A DNA stretch of 64,000 nucleotides from Candidatus Danuiimicrobium aquiferis (GTDB lineage Bacteria; Omnitrophota; Omnitrophia; Omnitrophales; Danuiimicrobiaceae), in NCBI GenBank assembly GCA_001804285.1, contig MHFR01000060.1:34442-98441 (forward strand), read 5' to 3'. Shown here in pieces: positions 49,779 through 59,142 of the stretch. Position numbers and translations under genes: made by a program. The notes below the pieces were generated by a model. It had not been told where the DNA came from, searched no databases, and saw nothing but the letters and a program-made list of their open reading frames with translations. The stretch's first letter is position 1. The number at the start of each line of letters is the position of its first letter.

Positions 49779-50737
49779 AACGTTTCCTCCAAGTGCTTTG
49801 CCGCTTCATTCATTAATTCGTCCAATCCTGTTTTATCTTTGACTGAAATAAAGAAGATTTTTTCTGATCCGGGAAATAATTTATGCCGCACCATTTCTTC
49901 CTTCTCCAGAAGATCGGCTTTATTCACGATCACGACTCTCTGTTTTTTTAAGAAATCGAGGTTATACCGTTGGACAATATTGAGTAACATCTGGAATCCG
50001 TCAGACAAATCCGCCGAAAATTTCGAACCCACATCAACCACAAAAAAAAACAGCCGTGCCCGCTCAAGATGTTTCAAAAAATGCGTCCCCAGACCATGTT
50101 CCTCCTCCGATCCGTGATAAATAGACGGTAAATCACAAATCCGAAGTTGGCTTGTATCGGTCCGATATGTTCCAAGTTGCGGAGCTTTAGTCGAAAATGG
50201 ATAATCCGTCTCATGAACACCGGCCCCTGTTAAAGTTTTGAGAAACGCCGTTTTCCCGGAATTAGGAAGTCCGATCAAAACAATATCGGTAATTATTTTA
50301 TACGAAAGGAAAACATCGATTTCTTTCCCAGCCTCTCCGAGAGTCGCATCGCGATCCTGATGATTGCCATACCCCCGATGCCCTCCCTTCAACACCAGAA
50401 CCTGATCTCCCGATTCAATCATATCTCGGATGAGAAGTTGATCATCTTTGTTAAATACCGTCGTTCCGCAAGGCACAGAAATGATGCAATCATTTCCTTT
50501 GCGTCCGTATTTGTTGTTACTGAGTCCGGCCCCGCCGTGTTCGGCCTCAAACACTCTTTTGGATTTAAGGGAAAGCAGGCTTCCGACGTTACTGTCGGCT
50601 CGAATAATCACATCGCCGCCGTCACCGCCGTCACCGCCGTTCGGAATGACTTTCCGGTCCGGCCGGCGGAAAAGGCTTTCACACCCTTTTCCGCCATTGC
50701 CCGAACGGATGGTAATCGTCAGTTCATCAATAAACAT
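49775..50737 (-). CDS. obg: Obg/CgtA GTPase (divergent)
   Basis: MFID..GNGG.G, GGDGGDGGDV, GLPNSGKT, NKAD; follows rplU-rpmA. Confidence 0.88.
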   Translation of the reverse strand: MFIDELTITIRSGNGGKGCESLFRRPDRKVIPNGGDGGDGGDVIIRADSNVGSLLSLKSKRVFEAEHGGAGLSNNKYGRKGNDCIISVPCGTTVFNKDDQLLIRDMIESGDQVLVLKGGHRGYGNHQDRDATLGEAGKEIDVFLSYKIITDIVLIGLPNSGKTAFLKTLTGAGVHETDYPFSTKAPQLGTYRTDTSQLRICDLPSIYHGSEEEHGLGTHFLKHLERARLFFFVVDVGSKFSADLSDGFQMLLNIVQRYNLDFLKKQRVVIVNKADLLEKEEMVRHKLFPGSEKIFFISVKDKTGLDELMNEAAKHLEETL

Positions 50738-50768
50738 AAGGAGTTATCCTGAAAATTGTATTTTAAAC

Positions 50769-50811
50769 AAAAAAAGCTGAGCTGGGCTTTTGACGTCCCT
50801 TCTCAGCTTTT
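50769..50811 (-). terminator. intrinsic terminator after rpmA
   Basis: AAAAGCTGAG...CTCAGCTTTTTT. Confidence 0.7.
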
Positions 50812-50840
50812 ATGATATCGCAATTCTTGAAAAAAGAAAT

Positions 50841-51086
50841 TCAATTATTAGGAACTAAGCAAACGGTTCGGTTCGGTTTAAATAGAACGACTCCATCCCG
50901 AAGAGCAAAAAGGGTATCGTCGGTTCCGCGCCTCACATAGTGGCCGGGTTTAAAACGCGTGCCCCTCTGCCGAACAATCACTGAACCTGCGCGGACAAAT
51001 TGACCGCCATACGCTTTCACTCCAAGCATTTGCGGATTTGAATCACGCCCGTTTGATGAACTTCCTTGTGCTTTTGTATGCGCCAT
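50841..51086 (-). CDS. rpmA: 50S ribosomal protein L27
   Basis: [30 protein letters not shown]. Confidence 0.97.
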   Translation of the reverse strand: MAHTKAQGSSSNGRDSNPQMLGVKAYGGQFVRAGSVIVRQRGTRFKPGHYVRRGTDDTLFALRDGVVLFKPNRTVCLVPNN

Positions 51087-51091
51087 GACGT

Positions 51092-51418
51092 TTAGACTTC
51101 CTTTAACTGAATGGATTTAACTTTTAATTTGAGCAGAACTTGGCGATGTCCCTTTTTGCGTTTATATCCTTTGCGCCTCTTAAATTTAAAGTTGATGACT
51201 TTCTTTTGCTTTTCTTCACCTAAAACATCACACAAAACTTCTACATTGGTTAAATGCGGTTGGCCGAAAAAAACATTATCGCCATCCTTATAAGCAAGAA
51301 TCTGATCGAGTTTAACTTCCTTTGCCCCAGCCAGATCGAGCTTCTCAACTTTCACGACGGTATTTTCTTCCAACGTATATTGCCGCCCACCACTACTAAC
51401 GATAACATATTTTGACAT
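51092..51418 (-). CDS. rplU: 50S ribosomal protein L21
   Basis: [21 protein letters not shown]. Confidence 0.97.
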   Translation of the reverse strand: MSKYVIVSSGGRQYTLEENTVVKVEKLDLAGAKEVKLDQILAYKDGDNVFFGQPHLTNVEVLCDVLGEEKQKKVINFKFKRRKGYKRKKGHRQVLLKLKVKSIQLKEV

Positions 51419-51467
51419 GAGCCTTTATCTCCTAAATTCTTATGAGTCCATCATTTAAAAGGCGTTA

Positions 51468-51496
51468 ATTTTATTCGAATTTGCTCCATCTGTCAA
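51468..51496 (-). promoter_or_regulatory. sigma70 promoter for rplU
   Basis: TTGACA-17-TAAAAT. Confidence 0.75.
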
Positions 51497-51584
51497 ATTT
51501 TAATAGTTTTAATTAGCCAATTTTTAAATAATTTATCGTAAATACATACTACTAAACAGCTTACAATTAAAAAGTAGAGTTGTT

Positions 51585-52988
51585 TTATCTCTTCTTTTTG
51601 CCGCCCATAAGATTCCTGAGCCATTCAGATGAAAAATCATCAAAAGAACGGGCCGTCACACTTTGAAACGCATCCGGGAAAGATTTCCCTTCCCCTATTT
51701 CGGTCAAGATTTGCTTCACTTTATAAAAACGGTATTTTTCAACCATTGCCGATGCAAGAGAAAAAGATTCTAAATAAAAAAGAAGCGCATCACTCGCTTC
51801 CAATTGATTGACATCACCGAAAATAATCTTATCAAGGCCTAACAGCTTTTGCGATTTGATAGCATCTTCAAGTAAAGCAAGATTAATCGGAACCGCTTTA
51901 TTTTCTTCGTATTGCGCAAGCCCCTCCTGCAACCAGACCGGCGCATGCATTCTGCTCATATCCAAAACAAACGCATGCGTTAATTCATGAAACGCTAATC
52001 TCTTAATGCTTTCTAACGTCATCGTTTCCGAATAGGCCGGTAATCGGATTTTCCCGTCATACAGTCCCCCCGACCAATGCGGGACCTGTCCCATCACGGT
52101 TTGATATTCACCTTTGTCATAAAGAATCACGGGGATTTTATATTGAGGATAAATATTATAATCCTGGGAAATTGTTCGGTAGGCTTCCCTCAAAACTTCG
52201 CGTATTTTTCCGCCTTCAAATTTTTCCCCGCGGCGATAGCGAATAATAAAATATTGATCTAAATACTGTTGCTGCGTTTTATCCACTTCTTTTTCCCGTG
52301 TCAATTTTTCAACTTTTTCCCGTACACGGGGATTTGAATTAAGCGAAAACGCTTTTCCATAATATATTTTCGCAGAATCCAAATCATGGTTAAGATTCGT
52401 AATATCTCCGAGCAATTCATAAGCATAGGGATTGCTTTGATCGAGTTCAATCGATTCTTTCAGTATTTTTTCAGCCACGTCAAATTCATGTTTGTTGAAA
52501 TGCTCGACTGCTTGATTATAAAGTTCCCGGCCGGAATTCATCTCAACCAATTGTTCCGCCTTTTGATTGCCCTCTTCAAGCAAATATTCTTTCGCGGTTG
52601 CCACCTCACGTTTGATCCTGGATTTGGCCTTAAGTTCTTCTCTTGAAAATTCCCGCGCCGGGATTTCATCCACTTTTTGCATCAGGCTTTCCGCTTTTTT
52701 TAAATACGTACCGGCCTGATCAAATTTTCCTTGTTCAATCAGCTTTTTGCTGTATTCATCGCAAGCGGTCAAATAAGAATTAATGGCATCCGAATTTTTT
52801 GGATCACGCACTAACACTGTTTCAAGCACTGAAATCCCGGCCTGATACGCACCCTGCCCGATCAAGACTTCCGCTTTTTTAACGAGGGTGGCATAATCGC
52901 TCTGACCGCCGTATGCGTGGCCATGAACCAGCAAAAAAAAGCCCATAACCATGAAATAAAATTGACTTTTTTTCATTGTGGTTCCCAC
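51585..52988 (-). CDS. secreted TPR protein with peptidase MA-like domain
   Basis: signal peptide, TPR helices, WSGGLYDGKIR, HELTH, PVWLQEGLAQY. Confidence 0.85.
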   Translation of the reverse strand: MGTTMKKSQFYFMVMGFFLLVHGHAYGGQSDYATLVKKAEVLIGQGAYQAGISVLETVLVRDPKNSDAINSYLTACDEYSKKLIEQGKFDQAGTYLKKAESLMQKVDEIPAREFSREELKAKSRIKREVATAKEYLLEEGNQKAEQLVEMNSGRELYNQAVEHFNKHEFDVAEKILKESIELDQSNPYAYELLGDITNLNHDLDSAKIYYGKAFSLNSNPRVREKVEKLTREKEVDKTQQQYLDQYFIIRYRRGEKFEGGKIREVLREAYRTISQDYNIYPQYKIPVILYDKGEYQTVMGQVPHWSGGLYDGKIRLPAYSETMTLESIKRLAFHELTHAFVLDMSRMHAPVWLQEGLAQYEENKAVPINLALLEDAIKSQKLLGLDKIIFGDVNQLEASDALLFYLESFSLASAMVEKYRFYKVKQILTEIGEGKSFPDAFQSVTARSFDDFSSEWLRNLMGGKKKR

Positions 52989-54085
52989 CTTTCTGCAACG
53001 CGAATCCGTTTCCCAATCGGCGGATGATCGTAAAATAAAAATTCAATCACGGGGTGCGGTTCCGGATCGGCCAGATTCATCAAACTCAATTTTTGCATCG
53101 CCGAAATAAACGCGTTTTTATTCTTGTTTGCCTCAAGAGCAAACCGGTCCGCTCGAAATTCAACATGCCTTGAAAATCCATTCGCTAACGGCCCCGTGAC
53201 GAGTCCGAACAAAAAGAAAATAGAGCACACCAAAGGAAACGCTCTAATATCTCCTGCCCCAGCATAGCCGAAGAATCGGGAAATCGTATCAATCGTCACA
53301 AAACAAATCCAAAACCCGATGAAACTTATCACTACCCCAAGAAAAAATTGCTTCCAGATATCCCGGTGTTTAAAATGCCCCAGCTCATGGGCAAGCACCG
53401 TTTCGATTTCATCATGCGAAAATGATTTTAATAATGTATCGGCTAAAATGACCCGTTTCGTTTTCCCAAAACCTGTAAACGCCGCGTTGGCTTTTTTCGT
53501 CGTTTTGCTCAAATTTAACGATGATATATTTTTCACTTCCATTCCGAAACGTCTTGCAAGGTTTTCAATTCTTTGTTTTAGCTCTTCATCATGAATCGGA
53601 CTATATTGATAAAAAAGAGGGATAATGAGAACCGGAAATAATTTGCCAAGGATCAGAGAAAAAGCGGCGTAAGCTATCCACGCCCAAAGCCACCACCAAT
53701 GTTCGAAATTCCAGATCAGCGCGTAGAGCAAAATTACAAGGGCCAGCATCATCGCAAATGAGAGTACAATCTGCTTTATAAATTCAGCCAGCCAACCCCG
53801 GAAATTTTGATTTGAAAGTTGATATTCGTGTTCCAGCATAAATCCTGAATAAAAGTCAAGCGGCAATGATAGAATGAGTAAATAAATAGAAAAAAATAAA
53901 AAATAAATCGAAAGCATCACATACGGTCTCGAGGATATCACGGCCGCCCACGAATAAAACATATCCGTCCACCGGAAAAGAATCACGAGCTCCAATATCG
54001 CAAGCGTCAGAAGAAGATTGTAAAGTCTAAGCCAATTTCTTTTGGTCTGATACGCTTTAGCCCTATTTGTGGTTTCGCCGGTCAT
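52973..54085 (-). CDS. M48 (Ste24-like) membrane metallopeptidase
   Basis: NAAFTG, LAHELGH, EFRADRFA, DHPP. Confidence 0.93.
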   Translation of the reverse strand: MTGETTNRAKAYQTKRNWLRLYNLLLTLAILELVILFRWTDMFYSWAAVISSRPYVMLSIYFLFFSIYLLILSLPLDFYSGFMLEHEYQLSNQNFRGWLAEFIKQIVLSFAMMLALVILLYALIWNFEHWWWLWAWIAYAAFSLILGKLFPVLIIPLFYQYSPIHDEELKQRIENLARRFGMEVKNISSLNLSKTTKKANAAFTGFGKTKRVILADTLLKSFSHDEIETVLAHELGHFKHRDIWKQFFLGVVISFIGFWICFVTIDTISRFFGYAGAGDIRAFPLVCSIFFLFGLVTGPLANGFSRHVEFRADRFALEANKNKNAFISAMQKLSLMNLADPEPHPVIEFLFYDHPPIGKRIRVAERWEPQ

Positions 54086-54100
54086 CCCGGAACCGCCTTT

Positions 54101-54426
54101 CTAACCCGACTTTCTCATCGATTTTATGAATCGACGAGAAAGTCGCTTTGGGCGCAATCAGTTGCGTCCGTGGCTTCCCCCCGGGCAAGCCCGGGGCACC
54201 TTTCAAAATCTGGCCTCGCTTGGAATTTTCTCTTTCCATGCTCGGCACGCCCTTCGGGCGCCATTCACCCCCGGGCAAGCCCGGGGAGCTCAAAGCGGCG
54301 TAAAGTTTTGCGCCCTTATTAAATCAGAGCGCAAAAGATAAGCCCTGCGGCGCAAAGACGCAAACAGCTTTGCACCGCAGCTCTTACGAGCGGAATTTCT
54401 TATTAACAATAAGAAATCCGGGCTAA
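54101..54426 (-). mobile_element. TTAG-MITE copy 6 with nested ~131-bp insertion
   Basis: reverse-complement match to 40415-40609, interrupted at about 54170-54301. Confidence 0.9.
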
Positions 54427-54446
54427 TCATCATAAAGAATCCGGTT

Positions 54447-56480
54447 TCACTTCCGCTCTCTATCGTCAAATTCAATGACTTCTTCAAATTCAATCGGAAC
54501 TTCTAAAATCGAATTTTCCTCATATAAATGTCCCGGAATTTCTCCTAAGAAGCGGGAAGGCAAATTGTGATGCCGCGTTCCGTAAAGATGCCTCGACTGC
54601 GTATAGACCAAATAAAGTTTTTCTTTTGCGCGCGTCATCCCCACATAACAAAGACGCCGTTCTTCTTCCAACTCGGCGATATCCTCCCCAAACGAATTGA
54701 CATGCGGAAAAATTTCCTCTTCCATCCCCACCATAAACACAATCGGGAACTCGAGGCCCTTCGCCACATGCAGCGTCATCAACGTACAACAGTCGCTGCC
54801 ACCTTCCCATGAGTCGAGATCCGTCATGAGCGTAATACTTTCAATAAATGCCTCAAGCATGCTTCCCGGAGAATCCTCTTTTTCCGATTTGACCGCATAC
54901 GCTTCGGGATTTCTTTTCCACCTTTCTTCAAACTCTTGAATCACCGTGTAAAACTCCTGAATGTTCTCAAGGCGGACTTTAGATTCGAACGTCCGTTCGT
55001 CTTCCAAGGCTTTCAGGTACCCCGAACGGTCGAGGACTTCTTCCAGAATTTCGTTCAGCATCATCTTGTTTTTTCTTGTCCTCAATTCGGAAACCATCCG
55101 GAAAAATAATTTAATCGAATTCTTGGCCTTCATCCCGATCTTTTCCACCACGTCCACTTTGGCTAAAATCTGATCAAGCGGTAATCCTTGGGCCCAGCGA
55201 TAATCATCTAAAACTTCAATCGTTTTCTTGCCGATGCCCCGGTTCGGCACATTGACAATGCGTTTAAAACTCACATAATCTTCGGGAAACGCAATCAATT
55301 TCAAATACGCAATCATGTCTTTGATTTCTTTGCGGTCATAGAACCGGACACCCCCGATAATTTTGTAAGGAACGTTATTCCGCCTCAGCTCATCTTCCAG
55401 AACCCGTGACTGGGCGTGAAGACGATAAAAAATAACGCAATCCGCCAGAGTTCCGCGCTCTTTTTGATATTCGAGAATTTTTTGAACCGTAAAGTGCGCT
55501 TCCTCTCTTTCATCGTACGCTGAAAAAAGCCCGATTTTTTCACCGCTCTCGCGTTCCGTCCACAGATTTTTCGGTTTCCGAGACGCATTACAAGAAATCA
55601 ATGCATTCGCAGCTTCAAGAATATTCGCAGACGAGCGGTAATTTTGTTCCAACTTCACCACCATACATTCGGGATAATCCCTTTCAAATTCGAGGATATT
55701 CCGGATATCGGCTCCGCGCCATGCGTAAATAGACTGATCCGGATCCCCCACCACCGTAATATTCTGATACTTCCGCGCTAAATGCTGAACGAGCGAATAT
55801 TGAGCGTGATTTGTGTCCTGATATTCATCAATCAATATATGTTTAAACCTTTCCTGCCACTCGCTCAAAATATCTGGATTTTGATCGAATAACTGAACTA
55901 CTTTCATAATCAAATCTCCGAAATCACATGCATTGAGCGAAGCAAGCTTTTGCTCATACCGCTCATAAATCTGTGCAACCATTTCTTCGAAATATTCTCC
56001 GGCCTGTTCCGCATAGGCTTTCGGCGTCAGGAGAAAATCTTTTGCACGATGAATGGCTTCGCGAACCCCTTTGGGATTGATCCGTTTGTCATTTTTCTGG
56101 AGTTCTTCCATGCATTCTTTGATCAACACCAGCTGATCGTAATCATCGTATATTGAAAATCCGGAACGAAGCCCGATGGCTTCCCCTTCGATCCGCAAAA
56201 TCCTAAGGCACGTGGAGTGAAAGGTGGAAATCCAAACATCCTGTCGGACCAATTGGCTGACACGCCGTTTCATTTCTTCCGCGGCCTTATTAGTAAAGGT
56301 GACGCCCAGAATGTTAAATGACGGGACTTTATGTTCCGCTATTAGATAGGCGATTCGGAAAGTCAGAATTCTCGTTTTTCCGCTTCCCGCACCGGCAAGG
56401 GCAAGCAGCGGCCCCGGAGGCGCGGTCACGGCTTTCAGTTGCTCAGAATTTAATTTTTGAAGCAACTCAGTCGTATTCAT
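54447..56480 (-). CDS. pcrA: UvrD/PcrA DNA helicase
   Basis: AGAGSGKT, TFTNKAA, DEYQD, QNYRS, KGLEF, EERRL. Confidence 0.95.
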   Translation of the reverse strand: MNTTELLQKLNSEQLKAVTAPPGPLLALAGAGSGKTRILTFRIAYLIAEHKVPSFNILGVTFTNKAAEEMKRRVSQLVRQDVWISTFHSTCLRILRIEGEAIGLRSGFSIYDDYDQLVLIKECMEELQKNDKRINPKGVREAIHRAKDFLLTPKAYAEQAGEYFEEMVAQIYERYEQKLASLNACDFGDLIMKVVQLFDQNPDILSEWQERFKHILIDEYQDTNHAQYSLVQHLARKYQNITVVGDPDQSIYAWRGADIRNILEFERDYPECMVVKLEQNYRSSANILEAANALISCNASRKPKNLWTERESGEKIGLFSAYDEREEAHFTVQKILEYQKERGTLADCVIFYRLHAQSRVLEDELRRNNVPYKIIGGVRFYDRKEIKDMIAYLKLIAFPEDYVSFKRIVNVPNRGIGKKTIEVLDDYRWAQGLPLDQILAKVDVVEKIGMKAKNSIKLFFRMVSELRTRKNKMMLNEILEEVLDRSGYLKALEDERTFESKVRLENIQEFYTVIQEFEERWKRNPEAYAVKSEKEDSPGSMLEAFIESITLMTDLDSWEGGSDCCTLMTLHVAKGLEFPIVFMVGMEEEIFPHVNSFGEDIAELEEERRLCYVGMTRAKEKLYLVYTQSRHLYGTRHHNLPSRFLGEIPGHLYEENSILEVPIEFEEVIEFDDRERK

Positions 56481-56857
56481 GGCTGCATTTCAATCGCAGC
56501 TTTTGCGCTAAAGGCTTTTTTAAAATCATAAACATCCTTAAAATCATTAATCGAATCTTCTTCCGTTTTTCGCATCAGTCCAAGATCAACCATCGCAAAT
56601 ACAATATTCCCAAAGTCTATTGTGCCCGTAATCCCCCAATATTCAAATACAGAGCACACCATCGGGCCAAACTGGTCAAGTGCATACGCCCGGATCCCTT
56701 TGCAGAATTCCTGCCCCGTAATGTGACGCAGCGGATTAATCTTCTGCATGGTATAATGCAACGCAGACAGGGCAAAGCTATACGCCTCAAGCTTATATTT
56801 CGGGTTTTTCTCGAGTAAACTATGAATTTTTTGAAGCATCTGTTCGGGTGTGTCCAT
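56477..56857 (-). CDS. conserved PVC-type hypothetical protein (Minf_1886-like)
   Basis: Y..EAY.F, RHITGQE, FGPM...V...WGI..T.DFG.IV, DF..VYDF. Confidence 0.75.
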   Translation of the reverse strand: MDTPEQMLQKIHSLLEKNPKYKLEAYSFALSALHYTMQKINPLRHITGQEFCKGIRAYALDQFGPMVCSVFEYWGITGTIDFGNIVFAMVDLGLMRKTEEDSINDFKDVYDFKKAFSAKAAIEMQP

Positions 56858-56911
56858 TGTCTTTCCTATGTGAATTTGCAGGTTGGCTTACGCTGACGTT
56901 TCATTTAAACA

Positions 56912-57622
56912 TCATACCATATGAGGCTCGGGGATGATAGCCTCCTTCCCCTCCCAGGCAGATATCTCTTCCTGCACAAGGGGAATCTCCCGCAATTCAC
57001 AACAGAAATAATTTCCAAAAGCGTTCGCGAGCGATTGACGCAATTTGATTTCGGATATATTTCGGTTTAATTCCCTCAAAACGTCTAAGGCAATTGAACC
57101 TTGATGCAATAAAAATCCGAGACTTCGTTTCTGTCCCGCTCCGGCAATTTTTCTGCCACAACACATCACATCATACAAAACCGGTTTTTGGAAACATAAA
57201 TCTTGAGGCGTTGATTTCGTCCCCACGGAAAATAATTCTGCTTCGGCCCCTACTTCTGACAACGCTTTTATTAAAACCGAATGAATCTCGCCATAACTTT
57301 CGAGGACATGACTTAACTTGTCAAACAAACGGAATGGCACAATCACAGAATAAATCAAATCTTCACCGTGACAGACAACACCCCCGCCTGTCGGTCGCTG
57401 CGCTATTTTCGTTTTGGCCAAATAATCCGGCAAAACATTATTTTTGCCGCAGCCAACAGTTACCGATGGATTTTCAAAACGATAAATCCGTAATATTGGG
57501 TTAGGATCATTGGCCTTGATGCTTTCCGAAAACAAATACCGGTCAACGGCCATATTAAATGCGGCATTATAAATTCCATCATTGATATAACGCAAATAGA
57601 CCACTGGGGTTTTCCTTTTCAA
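56912..57622 (-). CDS. lipoate-protein ligase/octanoyltransferase (LplA/LipM family)
   Basis: NMAVD, RPTGGG.V.H, KIAGAGQKR, LHQGSI. Confidence 0.9.
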   Translation of the reverse strand: MKRKTPVVYLRYINDGIYNAAFNMAVDRYLFSESIKANDPNPILRIYRFENPSVTVGCGKNNVLPDYLAKTKIAQRPTGGGVVCHGEDLIYSVIVPFRLFDKLSHVLESYGEIHSVLIKALSEVGAEAELFSVGTKSTPQDLCFQKPVLYDVMCCGRKIAGAGQKRSLGFLLHQGSIALDVLRELNRNISEIKLRQSLANAFGNYFCCELREIPLVQEEISAWEGKEAIIPEPHMV

Positions 57623-57654
57623 CGTTTAAAATCGCGATAGGACAAAACTTTCTG

Positions 57655-59142
57655 TTATCGCTCAATATCTCGAAAGCTTAAAACCGGATTCCTCGCGGCC
57701 AAAACTTCATCCGGCCGACTGATGGGCGTCGTATACGGCGCGTTCTTGAGAATGTCGGGCGACTCATTTGCTTCTCTATGAATTTGGCGCATCACGTCAA
57801 CAAACCGATCCAGCATTTCCTTTGATTCCGTTTCCGTTGGCTCGATCATCAGCGCCTCTTTCACAATCAATGGAAAATGAACGGTCGGCGCATGAATCCC
57901 GTAATCAAGAAGCCGTTTCCCAAAATCCCCGGCATGAAGCCCTTTCGAATCGAAATTGCTCGTTGAAATAACAAATTCATGCATGCAAAAATCGTTATAA
58001 GGAACATTATAAATTGTGCTTAACTTTTTCCGGAGATAATTAGCATTCACCACCGCATCATGACTCACACGCTTCAATCCATCCAACCCAAGCATCCGGA
58101 TATACACATACGCACGGATCAGCACTCCGACATTTCCATAAAACGATTTCACTTTCCCAATCGAGGCCGGCCGATTGTAATCAAACCCATATTGGCCGTC
58201 CTTTTTCACGATCGAGGGAACCGGAAGAAACGGAATAAGGGTTTTGCTCACCCCAACCGGTCCCGCTCCAGGGCCCCCACAGCCGTGGGGAGTTGAAAAT
58301 GTTTTGTGAAGATTAAGATGAATAATATCAAACCCCATGTCACCGGGACGAAGATTGCCGACTAATGCATTCAAATTCGCCCCGTCATAATATAAAAGAG
58401 CGCCTTTCCGGTGAACTGCCTCACAAATCTGAAGGATATCATCTTCAAAAAGTCCCAGCGTATTCGGATTCGTCAACATCAAACAAGCGGCCCGGTCATC
58501 AAGTGCCGCTTCCAGGGCTATTAAATCAACACGGCCTCTCGCATTCGACGGAATCTGCACCACCTCAAAGCCACATTGTCCGGCTGACGCGGGATTCGTT
58601 CCGTGACTGGAATCCGGCACAAGCACACGAGTCCGCTTCGTATCGCCGCGCGACAAATGATAGGCGCGTGTAATCATCATGCCGGTTAATTCACCGTGCG
58701 CTCCGGCTGCGGGTTGAAGGCTCACTTCCGCCATTCCGGTTATTTCTGAAAGTGCCGTTGAAAGTTCGTGCAAAATCCGCAACATTCCTTGCACTTCGCT
58801 TATATCCTGATAGGGATGAATCCACGAAAATCCTTCCAGCCCTGCAATGTCTTCATTGATTTTGGGGTTATATTTCATCGTACAGCTTCCGAGCGGATAA
58901 AAATGTGTATCAACACTGAAATTTTTCCGGGAAAGATTAATGAAGTGCCGTATGAGTTCCGATTCTGTCAGCTGTGGAAGCCTTGCCCCGGAAGCACGTT
59001 GAAGTGACTGAGGAATCAGCTTTCCGAAATTCCGGTTTTGAAATTTCCGTTTCGGCAATGGCGTCCCGGATTTTCCGGGCTTACTCTTTTCGAAAAGAAG
59101 CTTCGAATCTTGTTCCAAGTTAATGTGTGATTCTACGTTCAT
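57655..59142 (-). CDS. gcvPB: glycine dehydrogenase subunit 2
   Basis: YPLGSCTMKYNP, HLNLHKTFSTPHG. Confidence 0.97.
   Translation of the reverse strand: MNVESHINLEQDSKLLFEKSKPGKSGTPLPKRKFQNRNFGKLIPQSLQRASGARLPQLTESELIRHFINLSRKNFSVDTHFYPLGSCTMKYNPKINEDIAGLEGFSWIHPYQDISEVQGMLRILHELSTALSEITGMAEVSLQPAAGAHGELTGMMITRAYHLSRGDTKRTRVLVPDSSHGTNPASAGQCGFEVVQIPSNARGRVDLIALEAALDDRAACLMLTNPNTLGLFEDDILQICEAVHRKGALLYYDGANLNALVGNLRPGDMGFDIIHLNLHKTFSTPHGCGGPGAGPVGVSKTLIPFLPVPSIVKKDGQYGFDYNRPASIGKVKSFYGNVGVLIRAYVYIRMLGLDGLKRVSHDAVVNANYLRKKLSTIYNVPYNDFCMHEFVISTSNFDSKGLHAGDFGKRLLDYGIHAPTVHFPLIVKEALMIEPTETESKEMLDRFVDVMRQIHREANESPDILKNAPYTTPISRPDEVLAARNPVLSFRDIER

Noticed and set aside
54063-54493. Short ORFs 54063-54293, 54126-54341 and 54290-54493 (also 36167-36421, 40365-40577, 13078-13509)
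   Set aside because: They are translations of the MITE or antisense to real genes; shared peptides such as LIAPKATFS reflect the DNA repeat
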